Notes: generated by a model not told the origin, from the letters alone. 64,000 bases of DNA from Chlamydiota bacterium (GCA_016866495.1 VGMG01000003.1:75330-139329); one strand, 5' to 3'. Shown: positions 48,937-57,843, counted from the first letter of the stretch. Translations and numbers: made by a program.

Positions 48937-49602
48937 CTAACTTCTAAGAGTTTTAACAAACGCATCTTTCGCAGCAATCATCGCCTTGGTGTTGACAAAA
49001 TCTTTGGAGATGATTTTATTATTTTTCTCAAATATAGCCAAAACATTTGCGTGATAACCTTGTGCTATGTAGTGCTTGGCATGCATAAGGCAAATTCTAT
49101 TAAAATGATTTTCTTTTTCCCCGGGTAATTCTACAACGACTATAATAGGCTCTTCACCTTTTGCGTAACTTGTAGACTCGGTAACGTCTTTGGTCCAGAA
49201 AAAATCCTTAATTAACTCTAATCTTCCGTTTTTAAGCTGCTCTTCTATAGCTTTGAATCCGTTTGTACCATGTAGTCCGATAGTAAAATTTTCGTTTAAA
49301 AAATCGAGAACTTCTTGAGCCGAATATTTTTCTTCGGCCATAAGAGCTTGCAAACTAGGATGCAAATAAAGAGTTTGCCCAATACGTGATGCCTTGACAA
49401 AAGGGAGCAATTTTTCACGAATTTCTCTAAAAGTACTCATTCCATTTCGAGCTGCAGCAGCAATTCTGGAAATTCCTGTTGAACTTTGTTCAGGTTTAGA
49501 ATTGGTGCTGATCATTCTTGTACCTAGACGAGAATTTATGGCAGCTGAACCAAAGGTTTTAACCGGTGGTCGAGCTAGCCTATGTACAGTACTGTTTATC
49601 AT
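48937..49602 (-). CDS. Hypothetical protein with presequence-like N-terminus and ADP-ribosyltransferase-like domain
   Basis: GLHGT...FFWTKDVTESTSYA...IIVVVEL; ATG at 49602 after a G run. Confidence 0.6.
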   Translation of the reverse strand: MINSTVHRLARPPVKTFGSAAINSRLGTRMISTNSKPEQSSTGISRIAAAARNGMSTFREIREKLLPFVKASRIGQTLYLHPSLQALMAEEKYSAQEVLDFLNENFTIGLHGTNGFKAIEEQLKNGRLELIKDFFWTKDVTESTSYAKGEEPIIVVVELPGEKENHFNRICLMHAKHYIAQGYHANVLAIFEKNNKIISKDFVNTKAMIAAKDAFVKTLRS

Positions 49603-49908
49603 AATGCCCCCCAAAACTTATGACCTCCATTCAGGTTTCAACCTTTTTTTAAAAAGAGAGAAACCTAAAGGCGGATCTAATACCATTTATTTTATTAATT
49701 AATTATATAATAATTTCAAATAAAAATATATAAATTATTTTAACATTAAAAGTGAGTGTTTTAGGAAAGTAACAGTCGGCGTAAAAACCGTTTAAGATCC
49801 TTTAGATGAGCGGGATATATACCATTATGCTTTAGTTGTTTAGGAGCGCTTATTTTTTGAATAAAGTTCAAATTCTCTATCATATTAGAGAGTGATTTTG
49901 AACTTCTT

Positions 49909-51117
49909 TTAGAAGCCCCAGGAGATTCCAATAGCACCGTATTGCAAGTGCTGTTTGAAAAATTGCCCTTCACTGTTACCGTTATGGTATTGAGCGTAAA
50001 TTCGCACTTTGCGTCCGACACCGTGAAGCTTACTCCACTCATAACCTACAAGAGCGTTCACACTAAATCTCCAGTCGGTACACTGCCAGTTTTGGACGTC
50101 AACAGCTATAAATGGGCAGCCAAAAAGGCGATGATAATTGATTCTTTTACCGAACCAGCGCCCTTCAAAGCCATATTCTACATAGAAGTCCCCCATGGGG
50201 AATGAGTTATCCTGATGGACGATCCAGCCAGGACCTAAGTAGACTCGTAAACCTTCGGTAACTTGGTAAGCAGACATGAATTCCAAAACTTCAAAACTTG
50301 GATTTTCGCGCCATACGGGTTGACTTGCATACAGTAGATTGCAAATATACTCATCACCCAAATGAGTAGAGATGTGATAGAATGTCAAACGAAAAGACCA
50401 TCGACCAAAAGCCAAGGAGATGGGGAGTGCTGCTAAATAGTCGCTATTATCTAGACGAGCCCATTCTCCTCCCCTGCCGTTTGGGGCATCCATATTGAAA
50501 ACGGTCCAAACGCAGGCAGCAAAATCTATTTGTAGATCGGCGTTCCAAGCACCTATGTTAGAAAATCTGTAAATCGGGAAAAAATCGCCTAGAGAAACAG
50601 CCACTGTATCTTTGGCTAAAAAATCGCTACCGAAACGGTAGGCTAAAGAGTAATTGGGAGTACGGGGATTAGCGATAAGGGGTTGGAAAAGGACTGTAGA
50701 TTCGGGAAACCAGATACCGGAAACACGTTCTCTGCCAGCCCTTGACTCGATCTCAGCAACACCGGGTTCTGGAAAAGGCCCCTCAACAATTTCTACAGAC
50801 TCGATATCGGGTAAATCTCTTACAAAAGAGACAAGAGCCTCTCGAGTGATAAAGCTATTGGGCATGTTGTAGAGATAGACTTTGCGCTCTTTGACCAATA
50901 CAAGTATTTCTAACTCGTAATAATGGGTGTCAATTAAAGCCTGGATATAGCCCTCTAGATAGGTGTCTTCAGCTTTGGAAAGCTGGCCTGGAGGTATATT
51001 GTCGGAACGGGATAAAAAGTTGGGGTTTTTACCATCTTTATAACCTGCAACATACATCTTGTCATAAAGCGAGCCTGAAAATAGGCAAAAAGGGATCAAC
51101 CACAAAATCCAACGCAT
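49909..51117 (-). CDS. DUF1207-family exported or outer-membrane protein
   Basis: Signal peptide; LFQPLIANPR and YHISTHLGDE motifs; terminal GISWGF beta-barrel-type signature. Confidence 0.85.
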   Translation of the reverse strand: MRWILWLIPFCLFSGSLYDKMYVAGYKDGKNPNFLSRSDNIPPGQLSKAEDTYLEGYIQALIDTHYYELEILVLVKERKVYLYNMPNSFITREALVSFVRDLPDIESVEIVEGPFPEPGVAEIESRAGRERVSGIWFPESTVLFQPLIANPRTPNYSLAYRFGSDFLAKDTVAVSLGDFFPIYRFSNIGAWNADLQIDFAACVWTVFNMDAPNGRGGEWARLDNSDYLAALPISLAFGRWSFRLTFYHISTHLGDEYICNLLYASQPVWRENPSFEVLEFMSAYQVTEGLRVYLGPGWIVHQDNSFPMGDFYVEYGFEGRWFGKRINYHRLFGCPFIAVDVQNWQCTDWRFSVNALVGYEWSKLHGVGRKVRIYAQYHNGNSEGQFFKQHLQYGAIGISWGF

Positions 51118-51387
51118 GCCCCTCCTATGCCAAATCGGCTAACATATGGCAAGAAAAAATAAAGAACAAAACAAACATTGATCTACCTGAAATATTGATA
51201 AATAATTATTTTAATTGTATTTTTATATATAGAGATACAATTTAACTGAGCTTTGAAGATAAGTGATGATTCTCTCTTTTCGAGAAAATTGGTGTATGCT
51301 ATAGTGTTGAGTGATTGGTTTTTTTGACCTTAAAATTAGATCTTAAAACTGGGTAACAATACCTATTTTTTAAGACTAAATCTTTCA

Positions 51388-51461
51388 GGGACCATAGCTC
51401 AGTTGGTCAGAGCAGGCGACTCATAATCGCTTGGTCGCAGGTTCAAGTCCTGCTGGTCCCA
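51388..51461 (+). tRNA. tRNA with CAT anticodon, most likely tRNA-Ile2 (lysidine)
   Basis: GGGACCATAGCTCAGTTGGTCAGAGCAGGCGACTCATAATCGCTTGGTCGCAGGTTCAAGTCCTGCTGGTCCCA; the anticodon arm GGCGA-CTCATAA-TCGCT matches recalled ileX-type tRNAs; lacks initiator features. Confidence 0.88.
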
Positions 51462-51520
51462 CTTTTTCCTCTCATAGTTAAAAAAAAATGAAACTGCTTT
51501 GTAAAAGCGATATTCATTGA

Positions 51521-51548
51521 AAAAGGCTCTTTTGATTCAGAGCCTTTT
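51521..51548. terminator. Bidirectional terminator
   Basis: AAAAGGCTCT-TTTGATTC-AGAGCCTTTT between the tRNA and the convergent small ORFs. Confidence 0.75.
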
Positions 51549-51562
51549 AAGAAGAAGCAAAT

Positions 51563-51712
51563 TCAATCGGATTTCTTATGCTCTTGCATTTTATTAAAGG
51601 CTCTTGAGGTTTTTTCTATAAGCTTTTTTGAGAGAAATGAGGGATAAAAACTCTCTACGAAACTCTCAAGAGTGGTTTTTTGATTTTTTTCTGGCGGGAT
51701 ACCTGGCAACAT
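51563..51712 (-). CDS. Candidate 49-aa microprotein
   Basis: AAGGAGG RBS and TAATG stop/start overlap; MLPGIPPEKNQKTTLESFVESFYPSFLSKKLIEKTSRAFNKMQEHKKSD*. Confidence 0.55.
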   Translation of the reverse strand: MLPGIPPEKNQKTTLESFVESFYPSFLSKKLIEKTSRAFNKMQEHKKSD

Positions 51713-51870
51713 TAATCCTCCTTATTCACAGTTTTTTTAAAAAAACATGAAAAGAAGATTTGTTCAATTTCCCGATTTTTTTTGTTTTGAGGTGTGGTTT
51801 CCATCATCGGTTCAAGAATCTGACGAGGATAGCTAATATCAAAATGGATAAATTCGAAAGGGAAGTTCAA
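51712..51870 (-). CDS. Candidate 52-aa microprotein
   Basis: TTG start; MNFPFEFIHFDISYPRQILEPMMETTPQNKKNREIEQIFFSCFFKKTVNKED*; in the same frame as the upstream 90-aa ORF. Confidence 0.45.
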   Translation of the reverse strand: MNFPFEFIHFDISYPRQILEPMMETTPQNKKNREIEQIFFSCFFKKTVNKED

Positions 51871-51885
51871 AATCGTTTCTCTAAA

Positions 51886-52158
51886 TTAAGGTTTATTTTT
51901 TACAATACAAGGGAATAAGCAAAAAATTAGCCCCTCGACTTTTTTGTGTGTAACTAGTTCGGAGCTTTCTGTAGCATTCTGCCTCTCAATCAAACAGTAC
52001 GCATTTTTGTTTTGATGCCGATTTTTTTTTGGGGTGGTTAGGTGGTTGGTTTCGCTCTTTTCGACTCTTCTTTTTGTACGAGGGGAAAAAATTCTGTCGA
52101 GATCCTCCGGCGGCATCACGCTGTAGGCTAAGTACTCTGCTGGTATGTGTAAATACAT
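51886..52158 (-). CDS. Small hypothetical protein (90 aa)
   Basis: ATG 19 nt after the msbA stop; same strand. Confidence 0.55.
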   Translation of the reverse strand: MYLHIPAEYLAYSVMPPEDLDRIFSPRTKRRVEKSETNHLTTPKKNRHQNKNAYCLIERQNATESSELVTHKKVEGLIFCLFPCIVKNKP

Positions 52159-52177
52159 AGTTTCACTTCTACTTTTT

Positions 52178-53974
52178 TTAGGTTTTTTCGGTATATGTGG
52201 GGCTTTTCATTGAAAGGTCGTTGAGATCCCACATTGATCTGAACTCGGGGCAATTTTCATACAAAGACTCCTTAGTCCCCTCACTCAGCTTCCTCCCCTC
52301 TTTCATCACAATAATTCGATCGGCTTTCTCGATAGTTTTCAAACGGTGAGCTACGATTATCTGGGTGAGAGTTCCTTGCATCTTTTCAACCGCACTTTTA
52401 ACCTTTTCCTCACTGAAAGCATCAAGCTGAGATGTGGCCTCATCCAAAAGCAAGATAGGAGATTTTTTCGCTAAAGCTCTTGCAAGCGCAAGCCTCTGCT
52501 GCTGTCCCCCTGACAAATTTTTGCCTGTCTCACTAAGATGGGTATCGTACTTCAATTCAAGACGATCGATAAACTCGTCTGCGTAGGCTAGTGAAGCGGC
52601 AAGCTTTACCGCCTCCTCAGTCAAATTTTGTCCAAAGCTGATATTTTTACGAATTGTGTCAAAGAATAAAAAAGGCTTTTGAGAAACATAAGACACAAGC
52701 TTTCTTAAAGAGTGATGGCGTATATCACGAATGCTTTTCCCATCAATTCGGATGTCTCCCTCCATCCCCTCGTATAATTTTGGCAAAAGATTTAAAATTG
52801 TTGACTTTCCTGATCCTGTAGCCCCCACAATCGCAACCGTCTCTCCTCGCCTAATTGTAAAAGAGACATCCCTTAAAACGTACTGATCCTCATATTTAAA
52901 ACTCACATGATCAAATTCAATAGAATCTTCAAAGGTTTCAAGTTCTACACTCCCCTCTCTATCGTTTTGAGGTTCTACCTGCATCACAGAAAGCATACGC
53001 TCTAAAGCCGCAACCCCCCTTTGTATGCTTGCATTCTCCTCTGCAAATTTTTTAATGGGATCGTATGTCAAATGCAAAATCCCACAAAAAGCGATCAAAT
53101 CGGGAACAGACATTTGAAAAGCATAAAGACCGGTAAGAATAATACCCGCAAGACAAAGCGAAGTAACAGAGTGCAGTATCGGTCTTGTCATTAGATCATA
53201 CTTAGCCGCCTTTTGTTCGTAAAAAGCCATTCTAGAATTCTCTTCCTGGTATTTTTCTAGAGAAAAACGCTCCATCGAAAACATTTTCACCGTCTGAATG
53301 CCCGAGAGGTAGTCTAAAAGCGTACTCGAAAATAACTCTTGATTTTTCATAAGTTGTCTTGTCGATGCACGCACTTTTTTCGTAATCACAACTAATGGAA
53401 TCACTAAAAGGGGAAAACCTACAAAAATCACTATGGAAAGCTTCCAAGATAAAAAAAGGCAAAAACTCAAAGAGGAGAGGAGCTTGAAAGGAGTTAAGAT
53501 CACGTTTCGAAAAAATGAATTAATCGATACGGCAATTTGTTGAGAGTCGCCAGTTACTTTCTGCGACAAAGATCCAATGTGATGCTGCTGGAAAAACTTC
53601 ATCGGGAGTTGTTGAAGATGGGCAAAATAATTGTCTCTTAATTCTCGACTCACTTGAATAGAGAGTTTTTGCACCAAAAATCGCCCCCAGAAAAGGGTAG
53701 CTGCTTTAAAAGTTGCTACAGGTAAAGAGATCGCTATCAGAGTTTGGAGCGCGTTAGAGCCTTGCAAAAAATGCCGTGAGATCCACATCGAAAAATCACC
53801 GATCATCCCCCCCTTGAGCAAACCAAAATCCTGACCTACTGAGGTGAGCATCGCAACCCACAAAATCTCACATTGCTCAGCCATGCTCATCAAAAGCATG
53901 GACAAGATCACCCAGAGGCCTAATTTACGGAATTGGTGGCTTTTTTCTAAGCATGTTCTGATCAACTCAAACAA
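52178..53974 (-). CDS. msbA: Lipid A export ABC transporter
   Basis: TMD plus NBD (GATGSGKST, LSGGQQQR, LLLDEATS); adjacent to accA as in Chlamydia. Confidence 0.85.
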   Translation of the reverse strand: MFELIRTCLEKSHQFRKLGLWVILSMLLMSMAEQCEILWVAMLTSVGQDFGLLKGGMIGDFSMWISRHFLQGSNALQTLIAISLPVATFKAATLFWGRFLVQKLSIQVSRELRDNYFAHLQQLPMKFFQQHHIGSLSQKVTGDSQQIAVSINSFFRNVILTPFKLLSSLSFCLFLSWKLSIVIFVGFPLLVIPLVVITKKVRASTRQLMKNQELFSSTLLDYLSGIQTVKMFSMERFSLEKYQEENSRMAFYEQKAAKYDLMTRPILHSVTSLCLAGIILTGLYAFQMSVPDLIAFCGILHLTYDPIKKFAEENASIQRGVAALERMLSVMQVEPQNDREGSVELETFEDSIEFDHVSFKYEDQYVLRDVSFTIRRGETVAIVGATGSGKSTILNLLPKLYEGMEGDIRIDGKSIRDIRHHSLRKLVSYVSQKPFLFFDTIRKNISFGQNLTEEAVKLAASLAYADEFIDRLELKYDTHLSETGKNLSGGQQQRLALARALAKKSPILLLDEATSQLDAFSEEKVKSAVEKMQGTLTQIIVAHRLKTIEKADRIIVMKEGRKLSEGTKESLYENCPEFRSMWDLNDLSMKSPTYTEKT

Positions 53975-54906
53975 TCGTCAACTTCTCCCATTTGTCGGAA
54001 GAAAGTATATCGTTGTTGCATAAGATCTTCAAGCGAGAGCGTGAATAGTTGATTGAAATGGGTTTGAACAGCTTTTTCAATCCCCCGAATAGTACCCTCA
54101 GGATCCAAATGCGCCGAACCGTAAGGCTCCGTTATCACCTCATGTACAATCCCATTTTTCAATAAAAATGGTGCATCCAATTGCAAATTCCAAGCCGCAA
54201 GCGCCTTTTTCGACGAGCACCTCCAAAGAATAGAGGCACAAGACTCTGGGGAAATCACACTGTAGATACTGTTTTCTAACATCAAAACACGATCAGCAAC
54301 ACCAATAGCTAGGGCGCCCCCCGATGAACCCTCACCAAGAATCAATGCAAGCATCGGTGTGCGAATTGCAGAGAATTGATAGATGTTCTTAGCTATCGCC
54401 ATCCCCTGCCCCCTCTGTTCCGACTCCAGATCACTATGGGCTCCGGGGGTATCGATCACAAAAAGAATCGGCAGTGAAAATCGCTCGGCAAGTTGTGCCA
54501 ATCTTAGAGCTTTTCTGTAACCTTCCGGGCGTGGCATCCCAAAATTTCTTGCTACTCTATCTTGTGGATTAACCCCTTTATGGTGACCAATCAACATAAA
54601 TGACCTTTGCATGAATGTCCCAACTCCCGCATAAATTGCAGGATCATCACCAAATTGTCTGTCTCCGTGAAGCTCGATAAAATCTTTGAAAAGCGCTTTT
54701 TGGATCATCTCTATATTAGGACGCTCCGGATGACGGGCAAGATCCACCCTCTCCATAGGTGTGATCAACTCTCTTAAAGCCTGGACTGAAGATTTCAACT
54801 CCTCTAAAAGAAGCGCGTTTTGGTCTTTGTTTGAACTAGAATCGAAAGTCGCCTTCAAACCACTAATTTGCCCAATTAGATCGACAGCAGATTTTACTTT
54901 TTCCAT
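53962..54906 (-). CDS. accA: Acetyl-CoA carboxylase carboxyltransferase alpha subunit
   Basis: ELHGDR, NFGMPRPEGYRKA, GEGSSGGALA and YSVISPE motifs. Confidence 0.95.
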   Translation of the reverse strand: MEKVKSAVDLIGQISGLKATFDSSSNKDQNALLLEELKSSVQALRELITPMERVDLARHPERPNIEMIQKALFKDFIELHGDRQFGDDPAIYAGVGTFMQRSFMLIGHHKGVNPQDRVARNFGMPRPEGYRKALRLAQLAERFSLPILFVIDTPGAHSDLESEQRGQGMAIAKNIYQFSAIRTPMLALILGEGSSGGALAIGVADRVLMLENSIYSVISPESCASILWRCSSKKALAAWNLQLDAPFLLKNGIVHEVITEPYGSAHLDPEGTIRGIEKAVQTHFNQLFTLSLEDLMQQRYTFFRQMGEVDDCLS

Positions 54907-54951
54907 ACGATGATAAGTTTAATCGAAAAGCACGATTCTGACAACTGACCA

Positions 54952-54986
54952 TTTAAGAAAAGGAGTTTGAAACTCCTCTTCTTAAA
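54952..54986. terminator. Hairpin downstream of the YkuD gene
   Basis: TTTAAGAAAAGGAGTTT-G-AAACTCCTCTTCTTAAA. Confidence 0.55.
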
Positions 54987-55001
54987 AAGAGAATTTAAAG
55001 A

Positions 55002-55928
55002 TTATTCGGTTGTACCACGTACGATTTCTACAATCGTAGGCTTAGTGATAACGATGGAAAAAAGCTCCTCAATATGATCTTTTGCCATCCGAATACAACC
55101 ATCGCTAGAGTAGTCTCCGATCAAGGCCCTCTCTTCGCTTATATTTCCGTTTTGTGCGTCAAAGTGGCAGGGAACTCCATGAATTCCGTAGCCTTTAGCT
55201 GCATCTGAACACCCCTCGATCTCTTCATCAAACGGAAGCCAACGTGTTCCAAATACCTCCATCATCTCGATCTTACGGTTTTGGAAAAATCCAGTAACAC
55301 CGGGAGTATAAATCGCAACTTTCGAGCCTAATTTAAACTTTCCGACCGGTGTCAAACATCCTGAGGGTGAATTAGGATCTACCCGTCCTAACCCCACAGG
55401 ATAGGTTTTTAAAAGAACATCCTCCTGAGAGTCGAGATTTTTGTAAAAAAATTGCATCTTGGCGGTTGAAAGATTGATTTTCAGGTGAAATTCTAATGAG
55501 AGGTTTTTTTTGAAAACGTTAAACCTATCCCCAATCGAGACCTTTTGGCTCACATAATCGTTTTTACCATTCAAGCTACGAGCAATAAAATGTCTTGAGG
55601 TATTAAAGTAAGAGGCGTAGTCGGCTAACCAAGCTGGACGCCCCTTCAACCAGGGGACACGACTCGAATATGTCACAGTTTCTACGATGGGTAATTTATC
55701 GGGCCCTTTTGAAAAAAGCAAACGCACACGGTCAACTTCCAAGGAGGGGTCTTTTTTTGTCTCATCTAGGACTATCTCGTCATTAAATTGATAGACGGCC
55801 TCTTCACTTTTATGTTGCGTGTTCAAGGACAGAAAAGGCTTGTTTTTTACAAACCACATTGCGCCAATCCCTGCAAAAACAAATAAAAACGAACGTGACA
55901 AAAACTTTGAGAATCTCAATTGACCCAC
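55002..55928 (-). CDS. L,D-transpeptidase (YkuD) family protein with N-terminal membrane anchor
   Basis: YPVGLG, TPVGKF, FGTRWL and GIHG...SSDGCIRM catalytic motif. Confidence 0.85.
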   Translation of the reverse strand: MGQLRFSKFLSRSFLFVFAGIGAMWFVKNKPFLSLNTQHKSEEAVYQFNDEIVLDETKKDPSLEVDRVRLLFSKGPDKLPIVETVTYSSRVPWLKGRPAWLADYASYFNTSRHFIARSLNGKNDYVSQKVSIGDRFNVFKKNLSLEFHLKINLSTAKMQFFYKNLDSQEDVLLKTYPVGLGRVDPNSPSGCLTPVGKFKLGSKVAIYTPGVTGFFQNRKIEMMEVFGTRWLPFDEEIEGCSDAAKGYGIHGVPCHFDAQNGNISEERALIGDYSSDGCIRMAKDHIEELFSIVITKPTIVEIVRGTTE

Positions 55929-56126
55929 CTATAACTTCTAATCGCACCTCGATGAATAGCCCCCCTTTAACGTCCCGAAATATCGACTTAAGCGCTCAAT
56001 TCAAGAAACCTACAAATGCGCTAAAGTTTTTTAATAGTTCAAGGGTCAACCCCAAGCTGACGCCAGAGTGGTCTATTTCTAAAGTGATCCTGTAATCATA
56101 CAATTATCTTGGAAGAAATCAAGCAT

Positions 56127-56159
56127 AAAAAAAGCCTTTTCACAAAGTAAAAAGGCTTT
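56127..56159 (-). terminator. Terminator after IHF/HU
   Basis: AAAGCCTTTT...AAAAGGCTTT with U-tail on the minus strand. Confidence 0.65.
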
Positions 56160-56180
56160 AAGACATTATAAGAAGGGATT

Positions 56181-56522
56181 TTATAAAGTTGCAGATCTTT
56201 GATGGTGCTTGTGAGCGTGGTGATCTTTAGAAACAGGCTGCTCTACATCCTCTTTCATTTTTTTACCAGGGGTAAATTTTACCGCTTTTCTCTCTGGAAT
56301 AACGATAGCAATACCAGCATTTTTAGGGTTTCGCCCAATTTTTTGTTTACGAACAACAACCTCAAATACCCCAAAATCTCTGAATTCGTATCGATCTCCT
56401 ACGGCAAGCCCCTCAATAAGGCTATCCAAAAAAGATTGAACTACACGACGGACATCGTTTGGATTAAGGTTGCACTCCGTGGCAATTTTTAGAACGAGCT
56501 CTTTCTTCGTCTTTGTCGCCAT
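56181..56522 (-). CDS. ihfA: IHF/HU nucleoid protein
   Basis: TKKELV, EFRDFGVFEV, GRNPK and VKFTPGK motifs; ATG at 56522. Confidence 0.88.
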   Translation of the reverse strand: MATKTKKELVLKIATECNLNPNDVRRVVQSFLDSLIEGLAVGDRYEFRDFGVFEVVVRKQKIGRNPKNAGIAIVIPERKAVKFTPGKKMKEDVEQPVSKDHHAHKHHQRSATL

Positions 56523-56601
56523 TTCGTCAACTCCCTGCACTTTTATTTCTTAACCCTCCTTTAATAAAATCAGTAATTTATGACAAATTAAAAAAACGTA
56601 A

Positions 56602-57843
56602 TTAACTGAAACTAATCAACATTTTCTTTTTTTTGCCTTGTTGTGCAAATAAATAAACCCCACCAATTAATTCTTCATTTTGAAACAAAGATTTTGGATC
56701 ATCAATAATTTTACCATTTATCCTTAATCCCTGGCTTGAGATCAGTCGAACACCCTCTGATTTTGAGGGGATCAAACCCGCTTCAAGGAGAATATCCATA
56801 ATAGTTTTTCCAACCGAGGATTTGATGGAGAGTTTGGCGTGTGGGAAAGCATCGAAAATCTGGTCATAATCCTCTTTAGACCCCAACTGGTCGCTAAAAG
56901 CCACCTCTGTGAGTCGGACAGCCTCTTTAAGGCCCATCTCGCCATGGATAAAGCGTGTCAGTTCGGATGCTAGGCGTCTTTGTCGTTCAAGACCTGTTAA
57001 GGACTCAATCTCTAAAAGGCTCAAAAAGGTGAAACGCTTAAGACAAATCTCTACATCCTCATCTGGAATGTTGAGTAGGTATTGGTAGAATGCATAGGCA
57101 GAAGTACGGTCTTTATTTAAATAGATCGCACCCGATTCGCTTTTACCAAATTTTTTCCCATCCGATCGTAGCATTAACGGGATGGTCATTACATGTAGCT
57201 CCTTCCCCCCTTTTCTGCGCGACAAATCGGTTCCTGCTGTCATGTTTCCCCATTGATCGCTTCCCCCTATTTGCACTGTTACGCCATGGTTTTCGGCTAA
57301 GTAGTGAAAATCATACCCCTGGAGCAGCTGGTAAGAGAATTCACAAAAACTGATCCCCTCCTCTGCCTCCATTCGACTGCGTACAGAATCTTTTCCAAGC
57401 ATCTGGGATACTCGAAAAAATCGGCCAATATCCCTTAAAAAGGTGGGAACGGTCATTTGATCAAACCAGTCGGAATTGTTCACAAAAATAAGATCATTGC
57501 CCAAAATCTGCTCTAAATTAGAAGAGATTTTTCTAAGATTATGTTCAATTTGCTCAATAGATAAAAGAGGCCGATCGCTTTGCTTTCCCGATGGATCACC
57601 GATTTTTGTGGTCGCACCCCCGTAAAGAATAACCGGTTTATGCCCCATCATCTTGAAGCGGTAAAGAGTCAAAATCACAAGGAGATTACCCAAGTGTAAT
57701 GAATCGGCTGTTACGTCAAATCCTGCATAAACGTAGCGCCCCTCCTTCAAATGGTCCTCTAAGCCTGGAGTGGAATCCTGAAATAATCCCCTCTCCTTCA
57801 AATGGGATAACACAAGGGCGGTATCGGTGCTAACGGGTCTCAT
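56602..57843 (-). CDS. tyrS: Tyrosyl-tRNA synthetase
   Basis: YAGFDVTADSLHLGN, YQLLQGYD, QIGGSDQWGN and KFGKS motifs; C-terminal S4 domain. Confidence 0.97.
   Translation of the reverse strand: MRPVSTDTALVLSHLKERGLFQDSTPGLEDHLKEGRYVYAGFDVTADSLHLGNLLVILTLYRFKMMGHKPVILYGGATTKIGDPSGKQSDRPLLSIEQIEHNLRKISSNLEQILGNDLIFVNNSDWFDQMTVPTFLRDIGRFFRVSQMLGKDSVRSRMEAEEGISFCEFSYQLLQGYDFHYLAENHGVTVQIGGSDQWGNMTAGTDLSRRKGGKELHVMTIPLMLRSDGKKFGKSESGAIYLNKDRTSAYAFYQYLLNIPDEDVEICLKRFTFLSLLEIESLTGLERQRRLASELTRFIHGEMGLKEAVRLTEVAFSDQLGSKEDYDQIFDAFPHAKLSIKSSVGKTIMDILLEAGLIPSKSEGVRLISSQGLRINGKIIDDPKSLFQNEELIGGVYLFAQQGKKKKMLISFS

Noticed and set aside
49761-50042. 93-aa minus-strand ORF overlapping the DUF1207 3' end
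   Set aside because: Largely overlaps a real gene in another frame; the remainder has no support
51388-51900. tRNA as an integration site for an island or prophage
   Set aside because: No integrase and no duplicated tRNA 3' end were seen in the window
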